From the NCBI GenBank assembly GCA_003693705.1, contig RBZT01000564.1:1-64000 (forward strand): a stretch of DNA of 64,000 nt, given 5' to 3'. Made by a program: the position numbers and the translations under genes. Source of the stretch: Polymyxa betae A26-41. Lineage: Eukaryota > Protista > Endomyxa: Phytomyxea. The notes beneath the pieces are model-generated. The model was not told the origin of the DNA. It worked only from the letters and a program-made list of their open reading frames with translations, and ran no database searches. The stretch's first letter is position 1; every line of letters starts with the position of its first letter. Shown here in pieces: positions 37,416-51,315 of the stretch.

Positions 37416-40400
37416 TTACAACTTGCAGTTTCTCAATTCGTGCTTCGATACAGAAAACCTAAACAATTTACTAAGTAAAGGGAACAACTGGACAACGAAA
37501 ACTTCTAAATACTTGTGAACAGAATCAGGACCATCAGCGATACGAAGTGATCGGATTCCAGCCCTATTCCACGAAGATTAAACATGCAATATCAAGCTTT
37601 GCTCGTTCATTCAAACCAGAATTTTGGTAATGGAGAATCGGGCCCAACTCCTTCGGCTCCATGAACTTGAATTGCACGGTCAAGAACAGATAAGACAGCC
37701 TGAATGCAATGAAAATGATATACTTGAAGCCAATGTTGTATAAGTAGTATTACTCTTGGAACTGCAATTTTCACAATCGATAAAGCATGTCGAGCGTAAC
37801 GGTTTCCATGCGAATCGATAATTGCAGCTGTGTTCATAGCTAGAGCTCTGCATTGATCTAATTGTACGCGGCTACAGAAAACAGGTAATAAAGTGTCATG
37901 GAAACCGTTTTTGAATTTACCACTCAGCGATATCGTCAAGAATGACATCGTTGTTGAAGAATTTCTTATTAAAAGTGGATCTGCCTAAAGCGCCCTCTGT
38001 GATTAACTATACAGCATATTGCGAAATGCAAGAGACAGACATTTAGCCCGTTTACACAGAAGCTGAAGGGCGACTTCTCCAACACCTAATGCTCGCATGC
38101 AGTGATGGATTCTTCCGGGTCCGAGTCGAGCCTATCAGTAGAAAGTCAAAGACTTGATTCTAAAGTTCTGGTGAAAAACCTGAGCCATAGCAAATCCTTC
38201 TCCACGCTTGCCCAGAATGTTTGACAGAGGGACTCGAACATTGATCAAGCGAACTTCCGCATGCCCTAAGAACACAGAGTTTAATTTGCGATAACATTTC
38301 AAAAGAGATGTTGAACCTTCAGGGGCGTCATCGTAACCGAAGACTGTTAAGTGCCTTTGGATAATAACGCCAGGAGAGTCCACAGGTACCAAAATCATAG
38401 ATTGCTGTTTGAAAGGCGTCTTGCTTTCAGGATCGGTTTTTCCCATAACAATCATTATTTTACAATTGGGATGCATTGCGCCAGATGTCCACCATTTGCG
38501 GCCATTGATCACCCAATAATCGCCATCCTGAATCGTTCCATCAATTGGCCCACAGTTATCGCAGCATTACCTGCCTAATAGAGCATTGAATCTGGTTGGC
38601 ATCACTTGAAGCTACAAAGCGTTCTGTCATTGCGAAGCAGCTTCTAATCGAGCCGTCCAGTAATGGCATAAGCCATTTGCACTTTTGTTCTTTAGTTCCA
38701 TAACGAGCCAGCAACTCCATATTTCCAGTATCAGGTGCACTACAGTTGCAGGCCTAAAATAACGTTTTAAACCAATTAATCAAAGTTCAAATAGATTACA
38801 AACCTCAGGCGCTAAGAATATTGACGTCCCCATAATTTCACACAAAGGGGCATATTCTAAATTTGTTAATGGTTTGTGATGGAATCCCTCGAGCTCTATC
38901 GGGAAAGAAAGAAACAGGTTAAATAAGCCGCGCTGCTTAGCAGCAGATTTTAAAGACTCCATCACAGGAGGGATCTCCCAGCGATTTCTGTTAGAATTCT
39001 GCGGCAGAATAACATTCATTTGTTGTGTTTGATGGATCCCAAATGAAGCGAGACTGGGTACCTGTTGCTTAAAATATATTTGCTCTGAAGGATAAATGAC
39101 CGACTCCATGAAATCTAACAGTCGAGAGCGAACTTCGAAAAACCGGCTAGAAAATTGCATTCGGAAGGGTTCGAGCTGTAGTGAAAGCTTCCTCTCATCG
39201 AAATTGTCATTATACTTTACTAACTGTAAGCCGATCCCTGCAAGGACTGGGCATAGCTTGCCAATCTCCAGCGCCCTCTTGGAAGATGCGTTTCCTAACA
39301 GAGCACGTTTCATGACCCTGTCGAGAATTAGTTATGTAAGCGTGGTAGGTGAAAACGTTGTCCATACCCTTGACAGATAGCAGCAATTCTGAAACAAGCC
39401 AATGCCATTAAAGGTTGGATCTGCTTCGGGTTCGCAGGTCGGCCAGCAATCCTTGAGTATGCTAACCGAAGATCAGCCTCTTTTGGTATACCTGACTCCA
39501 TTTTTCCTAGGACACATTAGGAACAATTCAAGACAAACGCACCCCTACCTTCCAATGAAGCGATCCCAGGAATGTCTGGAAGATGGTACATTAGACAGAA
39601 ATAGGCTAGATCGCAAAATGGATCCCCAATTGTCGAAAGTTCCCAGTCTAGAACGGCAACGATCCTTGCTTGGTTGTCAGTACCACCTTAAGCAACGTTT
39701 GAAACTCCAAAACCTATCTTCCGTTGGATGAACAATGCAGTTATCTATTCGGAAATCTCCTAATCGTCTTTGTGAGGAGACATGATGATAGAGTTTGTGA
39801 GACCGACCGTGAACGAGCGAGCATTGAGAATAAGGAATCTCTTCTGGCAATGATTGCTCTAAGGACTTCAGTAACGCATCCATCTCTGGAACGTCAGATG
39901 TCTTGCTTGAGGCATACTGAATATCGGGTTAGATTCGATGATCGATGGCTACCAATTTTGCAACCTGACGAGCCCAAGTTTGCAGCTGCCGACGAGCATA
40001 TTGCTGCGGTTTGCCTCCAAAATGGTTGAAATACGTACTGAAATCAAACGAATGAATAGCAGCCAGAACGCGAACGGCATCACTGTAGATCGCAAAGCGA
40101 GAATCAGCCTACATCGGCTTAGAATTTGAAGTCTGCAGATGGAGCGTTACCTTTAATCCAGGTAGAGAAGGATCCTGAAAGATTCGGCCTGCAACGTATT
40201 CCATCACAAAAAACGGAGAGCCGATAACCGATCCGTCCATGCATAAATGGATCATAGTTGGCACAGGGACATCGGAATAACTTGAGCAATTTGAATATGT
40301 TGGCAGGGTATGATACTGCCTACCTTTTCAAGACCCTCATTACAGCAAATTCTCTTTCTATGGCATGTGCTGACGGCAGCAATCGGCCAAAAGGCTTTCT

Positions 40401-40610
40401 GCGAAGGACGACGCGATAACCACCAACGTTCAACATGTATGTTGGATTGCTTCCAAAATGAGTACTGATCATTTCCCATCAAAAAACACACCTTTGCCCG
40501 TGGGGAAACTTTCCAACCGACACCGGCCTGGCCTTAGGTATGACGCCTTGGGCTGTCAGGTATGGAACCAGCCGATCCAAAGAGATATCGACGCCAGTAG
40601 TTATTGCCAT
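37416..40610 (-). CDS. ACAD10/ACAD11 (IBR3-like): APH-like phosphotransferase domain plus acyl-CoA dehydrogenase, C-terminal PTS1-like -CKL; many exons
   Basis: [77 protein letters not shown]. Ends HELRNCKL*. Confidence 0.9.
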
Positions 40611-40786
40611 TGTGATTAGCTATAACTTTCTTTAGCCAAATGACTATCGGGAGAACCCCTTCATCAGATTTGACCCCAAAATGTAACACGCTGTTCTCTT
40701 CATAAGAAGGTACCGTTATGTTACAAATTGGGATGTTGGGGCTGACTTTGGGGTTACAGTGACAGAGCATCTTCGTGTATCATCTC

Positions 40787-41892
40787 ATGTCGACATCATT
40801 GCTGAGGCCAACGACCGATGAAGAGGCAAGCGATAATGGGGAGCTGGTTAGAAGAATTGACATGGGCCGCCGCAGGCTGGGAAAGTCAGAGAGTTCCGGT
40901 CAAGCCAGCTGTTTGCAGCGATGGCAGACGAGTTCAAGGATTCGGTCCTTATGCGAGAGGCACATGATGATGATCGTCTAATGTAATGTATCTTGAGCTG
41001 GATTTTGATTTCTGATAGACGACATCGATTTAGTGACGATGTTTACGTGCTAGAAACCTTAATCCGGAACAAGCATTGAAGATGTTTCGCGAGATGTTAC
41101 AATGGAGACAAAGCTTTGGCACAGACGATGCATTATCATGGAAATTTCCATTGATCCATAGGTGATGCAAATACCCAATACCTAAATGTTTGGTGTTTTA
41201 TATGTTTATCAGGATTAAAGAGCTCTACCCTCATGGCTATCACAAGTTTTCGAAATGTGGTATACCAGTATATATCGCCAGAGTTGGAATATTAAATACA
41301 GCCGAGCTTATGAGCATATCTAACGTCCCGGAATTGATTCGTCTTCATGTCCAATCAAGAGAATACGCCCGATCTGTTTTGTAAATGACTAAAACCAATT
41401 CTATATCACATTGCTGATGTAACTGTAGGTTTCCCCGAGCATCGCAACGGTCGAATCAGCTCATTGATCAACAAATCACGATTCTTGATATGAATGGCAT
41501 GTCTCTGTCACAATGCTCCAGGTTAGTCTACCAATATATCCAGGTAGACCGCATTGCTTAAGTTTATCTGCTGCCGTTTACATTCTTGCAGGAGACATCT
41601 GTTATCGACCAAAACTATTACCCAGAGATCCTTGCCCGGATGCTCATCATCAATGCCCCTATGTTATTCTCAGTAATCTGGAAAGTTGTGAAGCCTTGGA
41701 TTGAGGAGCGAGTCCAGAAAAAGGTCAATATTGATGTTTTTGCAAACCATTATCTGGTAAAGCGTTGACTATTGGTGCAGATTTTCATAACCAGTCAAAA
41801 AAAATGAATCTGAACTTCTGGATCTGATAGACGCTGACCAATTGCCAGACTTTTTAGGCGGAACTGACACTTCTTTTCTGACGACAGAGTAA
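40787..41892 (+). CDS. Sec14/CRAL-TRIO lipid-binding protein; as assembled it has two apparent +1 frameshifts
   Basis: RCLRARNLNPEQALKMFREMLQWR, YPHGYHKFSKCGIPVYI, ILDMNGMS, DQNYYPEILARMLIINAP, LLDLIDADQLPDFLGG. There is an extra base near 41036 and in the A8 run at ~41797-41804. Confidence 0.85.
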
Positions 41893-42308
41893 ACTGGAGT
41901 TGCAACAAGATGATCGCAACGATTAACCGCATTTTAGGGAGGAGTTGGAAATCAGGAACTTAGCTACCGTACTTTGCTAAAGTTTGTACCCGCCACTTGT
42001 AAATGGATTTGGTCCATGTAAATGACAACGCCAGACGATTATGAGTCCAGCCAGCCATAAATGAGATATCACTATAAAAATCATACAGAGGAATGGATGC
42101 CTTTTGGTACGGTAGGCTGAAATTATACAGAAAGGACGTAACGTTGAATGGCTATCAGTGTTGCCCATACAGGCGTTACCGTAGGTATCATAGGGCTCAT
42201 GGCTGCTCCTGCTGGTCTCAACTGACTAGTGACCTTACTGATCGCCTATAGAGAGACCTGAGGCCTGCGTTCCCTGCCAAATGATTTTATACTGAGTTGT
42301 CCTACTGG

Positions 42309-43761
42309 ATGGACGATGAGCAGCTCGACGAAGGCGCCGTGCCGCATGTGCGACCATCCGAAACCATTCGGATCAGGGAATCCCATGCGAAAGACGTTAT
42401 TGAGAAGGGTTTACTGTCGCTAACTCGCATCGAATCGCTTGTTAAGCACCTTAGCTTGACATTATTGGATTTTTCTGTCAATCTGAAGACGATCTGCTTT
42501 GAGGAAGAGCAGCGCTCGAGGGCGGCTATGCTTGATCTGGCGCCGGGAGCGTCGGAGCTCTGGACCGTCTTGCAGTCCTTAACGATGCTGCTTTCAGTAT
42601 CGCAAGAAAAGACTGCAGGCGAGTTAGTTGACGATTTTCTGAAACCTCTTGAAGAGATGCATATTCGCTTGGATGAGTCGAGAAGATGTCTCGAACTCTT
42701 AAAGCGTAATAGAAAGTTCGACGTTTTGGTTATTGAAACCCACGTTGAGAAGGAGAAGAAAGCATGCCTAAAAGCAATGAAATCGCTTCAGGTGCGTGGT
42801 TTATTCATTCTATGATTTCACTAAGCAAGTGTGCTCACAGAGCTCTGTAAAAGCATTGGTGGCATCGACGAATAGCTCTGGAATTTTCTCCAAAATGTCG
42901 CGTCGTCGATATGAGCGAGCAGTGAAGAAGAAGGTCCTCGAGGTTCAAGAGCTATTCCGGAAGTATCAAAATACGATCAATGGTTACAATCGGCAATTCG
43001 AGGAGTACGAACGCACGATTCAGACCCCTTTGCTCAACAGCATCCATATGCTAGAGGGCAAACGTCTTGAACTGCTGAAGCATTGCACAATCAATCTGGA
43101 AATATACTTATCCACCATAACGACTCCTGAGCAAGCCACCTCGATTCTGATGAAGAACGCGCTCGATTCCATCAACGAAGCAAAAGAGATGTCAACGACA
43201 CCTTCAACTCTTACCCAACACAAGCTTCAGTTTGTCTACGATTTACCTTGCTCTCCGGAGGCCTTCGATCATCATACATGGCCTGGAAGTTCAGGATTGG
43301 TTTGGTACAAGGGAAGCGTGCAAGAAGCCAGCATCAGAAAAAACAGCATCGATCGCAGGGGCACGATGCCTGATTTACGGACAGATTCTAGAAACGTTTG
43401 GGCTATCTCTCAAAGCGGCGATTCCGATCATGAATTCGATGATAATCTCAAGACCATTGAAGAAGATAATGTCGAACCTAAACCAACAGTAGCCACATTT
43501 TCGCTTGTCAAGCCGAAGCCCATTGGTCACTGGCATGAAGGTGAAATATCTGCCAAGTCACATTCAATTTGGCACGCAAACGGTCCAGGCTTTAGGAAAG
43601 AATCCGATCCTCCTGGTAAAGTCACCTTGTTCAAACAATCAACAAGCTCAAAGGTTATTAGCACACCTGCAGTCAGTGATATCACTAATGACCTATCTCA
43701 TTTAACTCTAAGCCGTCCTGCTCTGCAAAGACCAAGGCAGCGACACCGTACTGCCAAATAA
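42309..43761 (+). CDS. F-BAR/FCH-like helical protein with disordered C-terminus, 2 exons
   Basis: Long helices with SELWTVLQ..ELVDDFLKPLEEM and YQNTINGYN..PLLNSIHMLEGKRLELLK, resembling F-BAR domains. Confidence 0.55.
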
Positions 43762-43901
43762 ATAACCTTCAACAATGTTTATACACACAAACCTAGGATT
43801 TAAACTTCTTTTCATTAATTAAGATACACCAAAGGACATCGTTATTTACTGGCAGACAATCAATCATTGATTAAATTTATTGGAATCTACTGGTAGGTGA
43901 A

Positions 43902-45065
43902 TCAAGCAGCAATAACGTCTTCTTCAGCCTTGGCTTTCTTTAACAAAGCAGAGTCGGTCACTTCTTCACGACCACGCTTCTTGTTGTGTTTGCCCTGACG
44001 GCTGCCGACCTTCTTATTAAAAGGCAAAGCAGCACGAGCAGCGGTTTCAGCATGGACCTTCGCCCAATATTTCTCGTGTTCTTCAGCAGCCAAGACGCTG
44101 GCCTCCAGAACGTTCTCTCCAATTTTGACATTGCCTTCAGCGACTTTGTCAACGACTTGTTTGGCAACCTCAGCCGAGGCAAATCGGATCGTAGCGAACT
44201 TCGAATCGCCATAGAAGTCAACATACTTGACCTGTCCCAATTCGGAGAAGATCGCTTTCAGATCATTCTTGGTCACTCCTTCAAGGTTGCCGGTGACACG
44301 GACAAGACGGCCAATCTCACGCTGGACATTGTCCTCTTTGGCAGGTTCATCAGGGGTGGCTGCGGCGCCACCAGTTGAACCCTTCTTGCCCTTTCGCAGA
44401 GTCTGGCTCCATTCCTTCCATTCGGCCATGGTCAGAGCGTACATCGGCTTGGGCTTAGCCTCAGATTCCTTCTCGGCTTCAGCGGACATGCTCTCCTCAG
44501 CTTCAGTCTGCTTGTTCTCTTCAGCTTCAGTCGGCTTGTTGTCTTCAGCTTCAGGCGTAGCCTCAGTAGAGGGCTTCCTTGGGATGGCAGCAACCAACTT
44601 AGCGACAGCTTCTGGGGTCGTGAATTCGACGAAAGCGAATCCGCGGTGGCCACGTTCTGATTCGTTTTTGTGTTTTGGGATACGAACCAAGGTGACGTCC
44701 CCGAACTGTGAAAGGTAAGCCTTCAGCGACTCGATAGTGGCATCAGCTGGGATTCGGTTTAGATAGGCAGTGCAAGCCTTCACCTGGTCATTAGATACAG
44801 CAGTGTCGACGAAGGGAGTCACACGGGAGATGGCGTCCCGGCTTTCGTTCAATTTGAGAAACTGGGATTCATTGGCGATGGCATCCGCTACAACATTGGC
44901 TTCGGTAGTGAGTGTTTTCAGACGGTTGAAAGTCAGAAAGACGCTGACGGGAATGAAGCCATCGGTATGTTCTTTCAGCTTCTCCTGCATAAATTTGTCA
45001 CGACGCAGGTTGGCATCGCTGAAATAGAATTCGATCTGGCGGGCGACCTTGGCAGCGTTGTCCAT
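43902..45065 (-). CDS. La/SSB-family RNA-binding protein (La motif + RRM1 + RRM2), intronless
   Basis: RQIEFYFSDANLRRDKFM..FNRLKTLT, RGFAFVEF, second RRM VKYVDF..ATIRF..EKYWAKV, and a basic tail. Confidence 0.92.
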   Translation of the reverse strand: MDNAAKVARQIEFYFSDANLRRDKFMQEKLKEHTDGFIPVSVFLTFNRLKTLTTEANVVADAIANESQFLKLNESRDAISRVTPFVDTAVSNDQVKACTAYLNRIPADATIESLKAYLSQFGDVTLVRIPKHKNESERGHRGFAFVEFTTPEAVAKLVAAIPRKPSTEATPEAEDNKPTEAEENKQTEAEESMSAEAEKESEAKPKPMYALTMAEWKEWSQTLRKGKKGSTGGAAATPDEPAKEDNVQREIGRLVRVTGNLEGVTKNDLKAIFSELGQVKYVDFYGDSKFATIRFASAEVAKQVVDKVAEGNVKIGENVLEASVLAAEEHEKYWAKVHAETAARAALPFNKKVGSRQGKHNKKRGREEVTDSALLKKAKAEEDVIAA

Positions 45066-45206
45066 TTTTTCTACCAAATAGATTCTGATCGGACCTAGCC
45101 AATCAAGCAGAATCGAGGGCCAAAATACACAAGCTCCGAGATTAATTTTACGGAGTCCGCCACGGTGGTAATGAGAGAATTTTTTTCAAATTTTCCAGTT
45201 TTATTC

Positions 45207-46259
45207 TCATTTTTTATCGTCAATTCCAAAAAGCTCGCTTTTAAACTTGTGTAAGATCGATAACATTCTAAGTTTTCGCTCATAACATCTTCGCGATTCA
45301 GGGGACGTTTGTCGTGAAGTTTGTTTCTGACGATGCCGCTGGCGTCGTTTTCGTTCAGTCAACTGCTCGCGAGCTGCATCCATTTGTGAGAGAAGTTGTT
45401 CCATTTGTTTATAGGCTTTGACGCTTGGCTCCTGAGAAAGCGATTTCATGAGGTTCGTAACAGAATCCGTGATCGTTTCGATCGAATCTTTCAGTATCGA
45501 CCACAGTTGTTCTTGCTTCGATGTATCGCCGGGTCCATTACATTGTGAACTTAGTGCATTCTGAACGCTAGCTGTCAGATTAAAAGTCTCTTTCGCCACG
45601 TTCGCCAAAAACGGGACTTTGTGATCCGAATATGCCGAGCGCAGCCGATCGGGAATTGTTTGTTTTCTCCTCTCTGCGTTCACTTTGTTTTTTTCAAGTG
45701 CGTTTGAATGATAGCTCTTCTTCGGCTGCGAATGTTTGTGCTTTACGCTTGTATTCTCCTCCTTCCTGCTTGAAGCTAGATGGCGCAATGCTTTGTTTTC
45801 TTTACATAAAAAGGCAAGCTCATCTTTCGTTTGCTTTAGGCTTTTGGAAAGTTCGTTCCGTTCTGCTAGACTATCAGCAAGTTCTTTCCGAAGATCATTG
45901 CATTCGTTTTTGTACTGCTCTGACTTTCTCTCTACGTTGCTGTATTCAGCACTCATTGATTCTATTTTTTTCTGAAGAACCTCTTGTTCGACTCTATAAG
46001 TTTTAAGGTCCAATTCATACGACGCTTTCATATCTTCAACTTCCTTCGTCGCAATCTGGTGTGCGTCAATTGATCTATCAAACGCTCGGTCACGTTCGCT
46101 TTCGAGCTGCTCCAAACGAGCCTGAAGCGTCCTCAGAGCGCATATCGCCACTACGAACACAACCATTCAGGAACCAGCTGCAATGGCACTCGCAATAGAA
46201 CTACCTTTAGAGCTTCCATAGCGAGGGCTGGCCTCACCAGGCGTCAGCTGATTCCTCAT
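45207..46259 (-). CDS. CEP57-like centriolar coiled-coil protein, 2 exons
   Basis: AICALRTLQARLEQLESER resembles the Cep57 N-terminal motif. KVPFLANVAKETFNLTASVQNALS and MEQLLSQMDAAREQL resemble the middle and microtubule-binding motifs. Confidence 0.6.
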
Positions 46260-46606
46260 GCCTCGAGTTATCGACGGTACTCGAAATGATCATGCCGCCC
46301 ATAGGCTAGTGCATGCATAGTAAACGAATGTTGTATTGCCTAATGAGGACCGTAATGGGATTGGGAAAGAGAGATCCAGAGACTACAGTAGCGCAAACGT
46401 TGAAAGAGTTCGATGGTGTAGTAATAATGAGAGGCGGCGCGGGCTCCTTCGTGGCTCACTGACCACTGACCAACTCCTTGATCACATTTCAAGATTTGCT
46501 CTTCATCTCAATCGACAAAGAGCTCTGCAGCTACGACGGTGTCGTCCCACTTCCGTCTCCGCGCGATAGGCGATAGAGTTCGATCGAATCAAATTCGTCG
46601 TCCATC

Positions 46607-48722
46607 ATGGAGAGTCCCCAGCCTGGCCAGACGTTCTTTCGCGGGAAAATGGTTCTGATCAATTGCAATATGGTTGCCTCGAATTAAACGCTGTAGAGCA
46701 AAGTGCTTCGTCTGTCGATTCGCGATCTGCCCAGCTTCGCTGCGAAATCGCCTGCCACTATGTCCATCCTGAGAGTAACTCCAAAGCATTCCACCGCGAC
46801 ACAACAAACTATCGAATATGTGAAAGGGCTGCTTTTGCATTCGTCGCAAGCGCTAACTCAGAACCAACAAGTTATCAAGTCGGCAACAAACTATTCCTAC
46901 TTCTCTATGCTTTCATTAAATATCGCCGATAGAGGCTTGCTGTCGGAGAGGAATCGTCTACAAAAAGAAAGGGATGGCAGACCAACTGTTGAAGAGTTCC
47001 AGTTTTTACAAGAACAGTTGGATGCTCAACGTCAGCTGTCTCGCATGGATCGGGTTCAGATAAAGCAACTCCAGGCCCTTTCAGGTGCCCTGCATAGAAT
47101 GCATCCTTGCCGATGTTTAACGATGTAACATTTAGAACAACAAGATCATGCACTATCGCAAGCTGAATTACGCTTCCATGAAGTCAACCAGACAAAACAT
47201 GAACTGTCAAATAAAGTTCGGTGTCTGAGCATTGCTCAGTCCGAGCATAATGTCAAATTAACGGTTGGTTCAAACATAAACAGTGTTGTTTCAATTCTGA
47301 TCTTTTCAAAGGCTTTAGAGAAACAAATACAGTTGTCGAAAGAGGAGATAATGAGGCTGAACGAAGAGCTAAGGAGTAAAGCAGACGATTTACAAAACTG
47401 CCACAACAAGGTAGGCTGCAATCTGCACAATCAGCAGACATGCTGACATTGATTTCTGCAGTTGCAAGTGTCGGTTGCTGCGCAAAACGAACTGAAAAAT
47501 AAGGTCCTTTCTTCATTGTCGGCGAATGTCCTCCAAGAGGATACCGAGGAGATTGGTACTCTGACCGATGAACGGGGAAGGGATCTAAATGGTGAATCTA
47601 GATTGTGCATCGTTGCTGAAGTCGCTCTATGTTCATGCATCCAACAATGAAGAGGACGCCCCCGGTTCAAACCTGCCTAGCTGCGAGGAGATGGCCGAGA
47701 AAATACGAGTTGCTTTGAACCATTATCAAGAAATGGTAACGCAATTCAATAACGTGTGACTTAATCAACAATTTGATTTCGCATTTCTTACAGCGGAACT
47801 GCTCGGTTAAATCGTTCCAAAGTTGTATTAAAAGGTTGTGTTCACATATTCCAAATGATCTTACTGAAGACCGAGACGACACTACAGCATTAGTTGGCGC
47901 TCTAGAGAACTATCTGGTTGATGTGAAAGTATTCACCACGCGACTGCATTCTCAATGTTTATGGCTAAGGTTTCTTATTTTAGAAACAGAAGATATCTGC
48001 GAAATCTCTGAGGTGTTTAGAAGAAGAATGCTGTCAGCTCCGTCTCCAGGTTCTGATTTTGTCGGTAGTCCATGAGCGGTTATTGATCTGTTGGATATTA
48101 GGTAGAATCTGATAAGAACAAATTGAAAGAATTCACAGCCAACCTCAAATCATCGGAACAGCTGGTGGCGTCTCTACAAAGAGAGGTTTGTCATGAACTC
48201 GATTACTGAGCTGTCAGTAATTAGTCTCTAGCTGAGGATAACCCAATCAGAGCGTCTTGCAAACCTTGCTGAACTAGAGAAGCTGCGCTCTCGTTGCGCT
48301 TCTTTACAGCTCGAAGTATTGATATGCTTAGTTGCTTTTTCAAATACCTAAAGTCGTTTACATCAGTTGGAAAAATCACCAACTTTTGCCGGTGAAGAAA
48401 AATGCCATGAATGTCTTTCTAGAAAAGAGACTTTCAGTTCTCTGGAAAAGCAACTGTATTTATTATCACAAGAATTCACAAGTCTCCAAGTAAAATAACA
48501 AAACTCGTTTCACAACAGAATTAACGTTCACGTGCTCAGAGGGAAATGGTGGAGATGCGGTCAAAATCTTCTGACCATGTCTCAGTGATAAAGGAAAAAG
48601 ATGTATGCATTAAAAGGCTTCAGGAAGAAATCAGATTGCTATCGGCTGCGGGGCTCCAGAAAAGATCCGAGGCTCAAAAAGAAAACTTGTTAAACAATCG
48701 CATACCTTTATCACGTATATAA
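46607..48722 (+). CDS. Uncharacterised coiled-coil protein, many short exons
   Basis: E/K/Q/L-rich exons separated by ~50-nt GT-AG introns (e.g. QFLQEQLDAQRQL, LSKEEIMRLNEELRSK, IKRLQEEIRLL). Confidence 0.6.
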
Positions 48723-49191
48723 ATAACATTCTGATTACACAAACGCCATTACTTTCAATAAAGCCCTAGCAGCAGCATATCATCGTTTAATTGGGATTGG
48801 ATAAAACCGAAAATCCCATAACCAATAGCGAACATCAACAGCTTCTGAATGCTGGCTAGAAAAAATTCACTTTATACATCAGTTGGATGGAAACTTTCGG
48901 ATTTTATGTCTCTGAGCTCTATATTGGCTCTCGTCATATCATCAGAAAGACTCATGTTTTTAATATCTGGTCAGACCGAAGAGACCAGTGTGAACTGGCC
49001 GTCATGGATCACACAGGATTGGACGGCATAAAAGTGTCTATGACGCGATCCGGTTCGCTGAGTTTCACGGGATCAAGTGAAGAGCCCACTGAAGAGTCAC
49101 CTGTCGAATTTGGACGCCACAAACTTAAGGGAAGGAGCAAAGATTCTTGGGAGAGACCCATATACAGGTTGTTGAGTCAATGGGGCACGTT

Positions 49192-51315
49192 TTATATGGG
49201 AGGTTTTCTATGAAATCGCCTATCGCCAATAGTTTCTAGCCCGTTGTTTATGAGCCCGGTTAGGCGGTCGCGGATCGCTTGCGCTCGCTTGAAATCGTGG
49301 AACTCTTTTGGAAACCTGTTGCCCAGCCAGATATAAATATCCGTCAGAGAGCTCAATAGTTCACTAGAATCATGGTCAACAATCCCCAAGGCATCATGTC
49401 ATACTGCATACAGATTAGAAAGCGAGAGATGATCCCGGCGGGTTCCATCAAGCACAGCTTCTGCTCTAGAATGGAAAAGTAAACCGGAGCGATGCGTCTC
49501 ACAAAAATCTTTCGCCAGAGCCATCAGATGCCTCATTTCTTGGCGGCATCGCACAGAAACCGGCGCCATCGAGAAGGTATGTCGTTGCGATAACGTTAAT
49601 GGCAATCTAAAAACCAGTCTTATTAAGCTGTTGTATTGAAAGGTGTGTTTACCCTTGAAGCGCCTCAGCAATGAATGCTTGATCATCTATGACGTCCGAC
49701 ATGAAATATAGCCCATCCAATGTCGAATGGCGCTGGAATTGTCGCAGAACTTGAAAAACATTATGCCGATTTTGCTGGTTAAGACGCATTCATGTTACCT
49801 TCGTGATATTGCATGTAAGGTTTCGCATCACAGAACCTCTGAATGGCGTCAAACTCTGGGGAAAGACTCGCTTGATAGATCGGGTCGGGCTTTAGCAGCA
49901 GTGCCTGTTTGAGATATTCGGCATCGAATCGTGGCCTATTGCTTGCCATTAAGCAAGTCACAGCACCATGCGGATATTGCGAGTTAAATCGGCCCGCTCG
50001 GCCGCCGATCTGCAGAATCTCGCTGCGAGTTAATCGCCTGACCTCCTTCCCGTCGAATTTCTGCAGACTTTCGTTAGCTGTCGCCGTCCGTTGCATTTTG
50101 CTGACCTTAATCGTACTGAAGATCACTCGTTTGATACTGAGATTTAGCCCCATTCCAATCGCATCGCTGGCTATCAAAATATCATACCCTGAATCAGGAT
50201 CATTGAACAGCGCTGCCTGCGACTGTCTGGTAGCCGGTGGCAGATTCCCGTAAATCACACACACTTTCCGCCCCGTCATTCGCTCAACTTGCGCCTTCTG
50301 AACATCTCGTCAATTAAAAACTCAATAAAGTCCCTAACTCCTACCAAGCTGAGAATATCGTTTCTTGAGAAGGCTATCAGACAATCGCCGGGCGATAGTT
50401 CTTTCAGAGATCGAATCGGCGTGACAAAGCGCAGCTCGCCTGAAACGGAGGTCTTAGCTAAACCCGATATGGCTCGCCCATCGAACCTAATCGCTCGTGC
50501 TTCACAACCGACAACGAATCATTATTCACATCGCAGATCTCTTCGATCAGCTCGATCGCCGATTCGTCGCCGCATAAGTACACCTTTCCAAAAATGAGTC
50601 CCATAGCACGCATGACGAGAATGCAGACCGTTTGGGCTGGTACGCCCAGTAGCGCTCGGGTCCAAGCGTGGCCACGATTCAAGTCGCCGATCATCTGGAT
50701 CTCGTCGATGACGGCGCAGTCGATGGGTTGAGCGACGTTCGTCATCTCCACCGTTGATGAGCGGTGCTGGGCGCCGTCGACCTCTATGATTTCCTGGCCG
50801 GTTACCAAGTCGCATGCGACCCTATTGTGATTGAGGCGGGCGTGCACCTCCCAGGCTAACAGACGAAGTGGACCGGCATAAGAGCCGGATGTCGACGCCT
50901 CCAATTGCTTCAAAGCCTGATGGAAATAATAAATATAGAAATCCCGTTCAAAAAGGAGTTATTGTACATTGTGGGTTTTGCCTGAATTCGTAGGGCCACA
51001 ACGCAGGATGATATCCCGTTTCATGGAGCGGGCTAACGGATACCATTGCGAAGGCGATCGAAGGTCGGTCAGGTCGAGGACGTCCTGATCTTTGCCAAAC
51101 TGTTTCGCGAAGCTGATGAAGGCCGACACCACCGCCGCTTCGTCATCGAAGTCGAGGTCGCGGCCGCAGCAGAAGAGCTGGGTGAGATGGCGGAAAGCGC
51201 GCCGATTTAGGTGCAGCTGCTGGCGGACCAGCTGACGAACCTGCTGTGAACGCAGCAGATAATGAATGTCGTCCAGATTCGGTCTGGCTGATGAAAGCGC
51301 CCTCTTGAAATGCAT
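49192..51315 (-). CDS. SUV3: Mitochondrial ATP-dependent RNA helicase SUV3
   Basis: [90 protein letters not shown]. Confidence 0.95.

Noticed and set aside
40534-40790. Overlapping head-to-head start codons of ACAD and Sec14
   Set aside because: The ACAD-homologous frame starts at 40610 ([14 protein letters not shown]); ORF 40534..40770 is out of frame and probably spurious.
48849-49213. Extra gene between the coiled-coil gene and SUV3
   Set aside because: The short ORFs have no recognisable motifs and are probably overlapping 3' UTRs of convergent genes.
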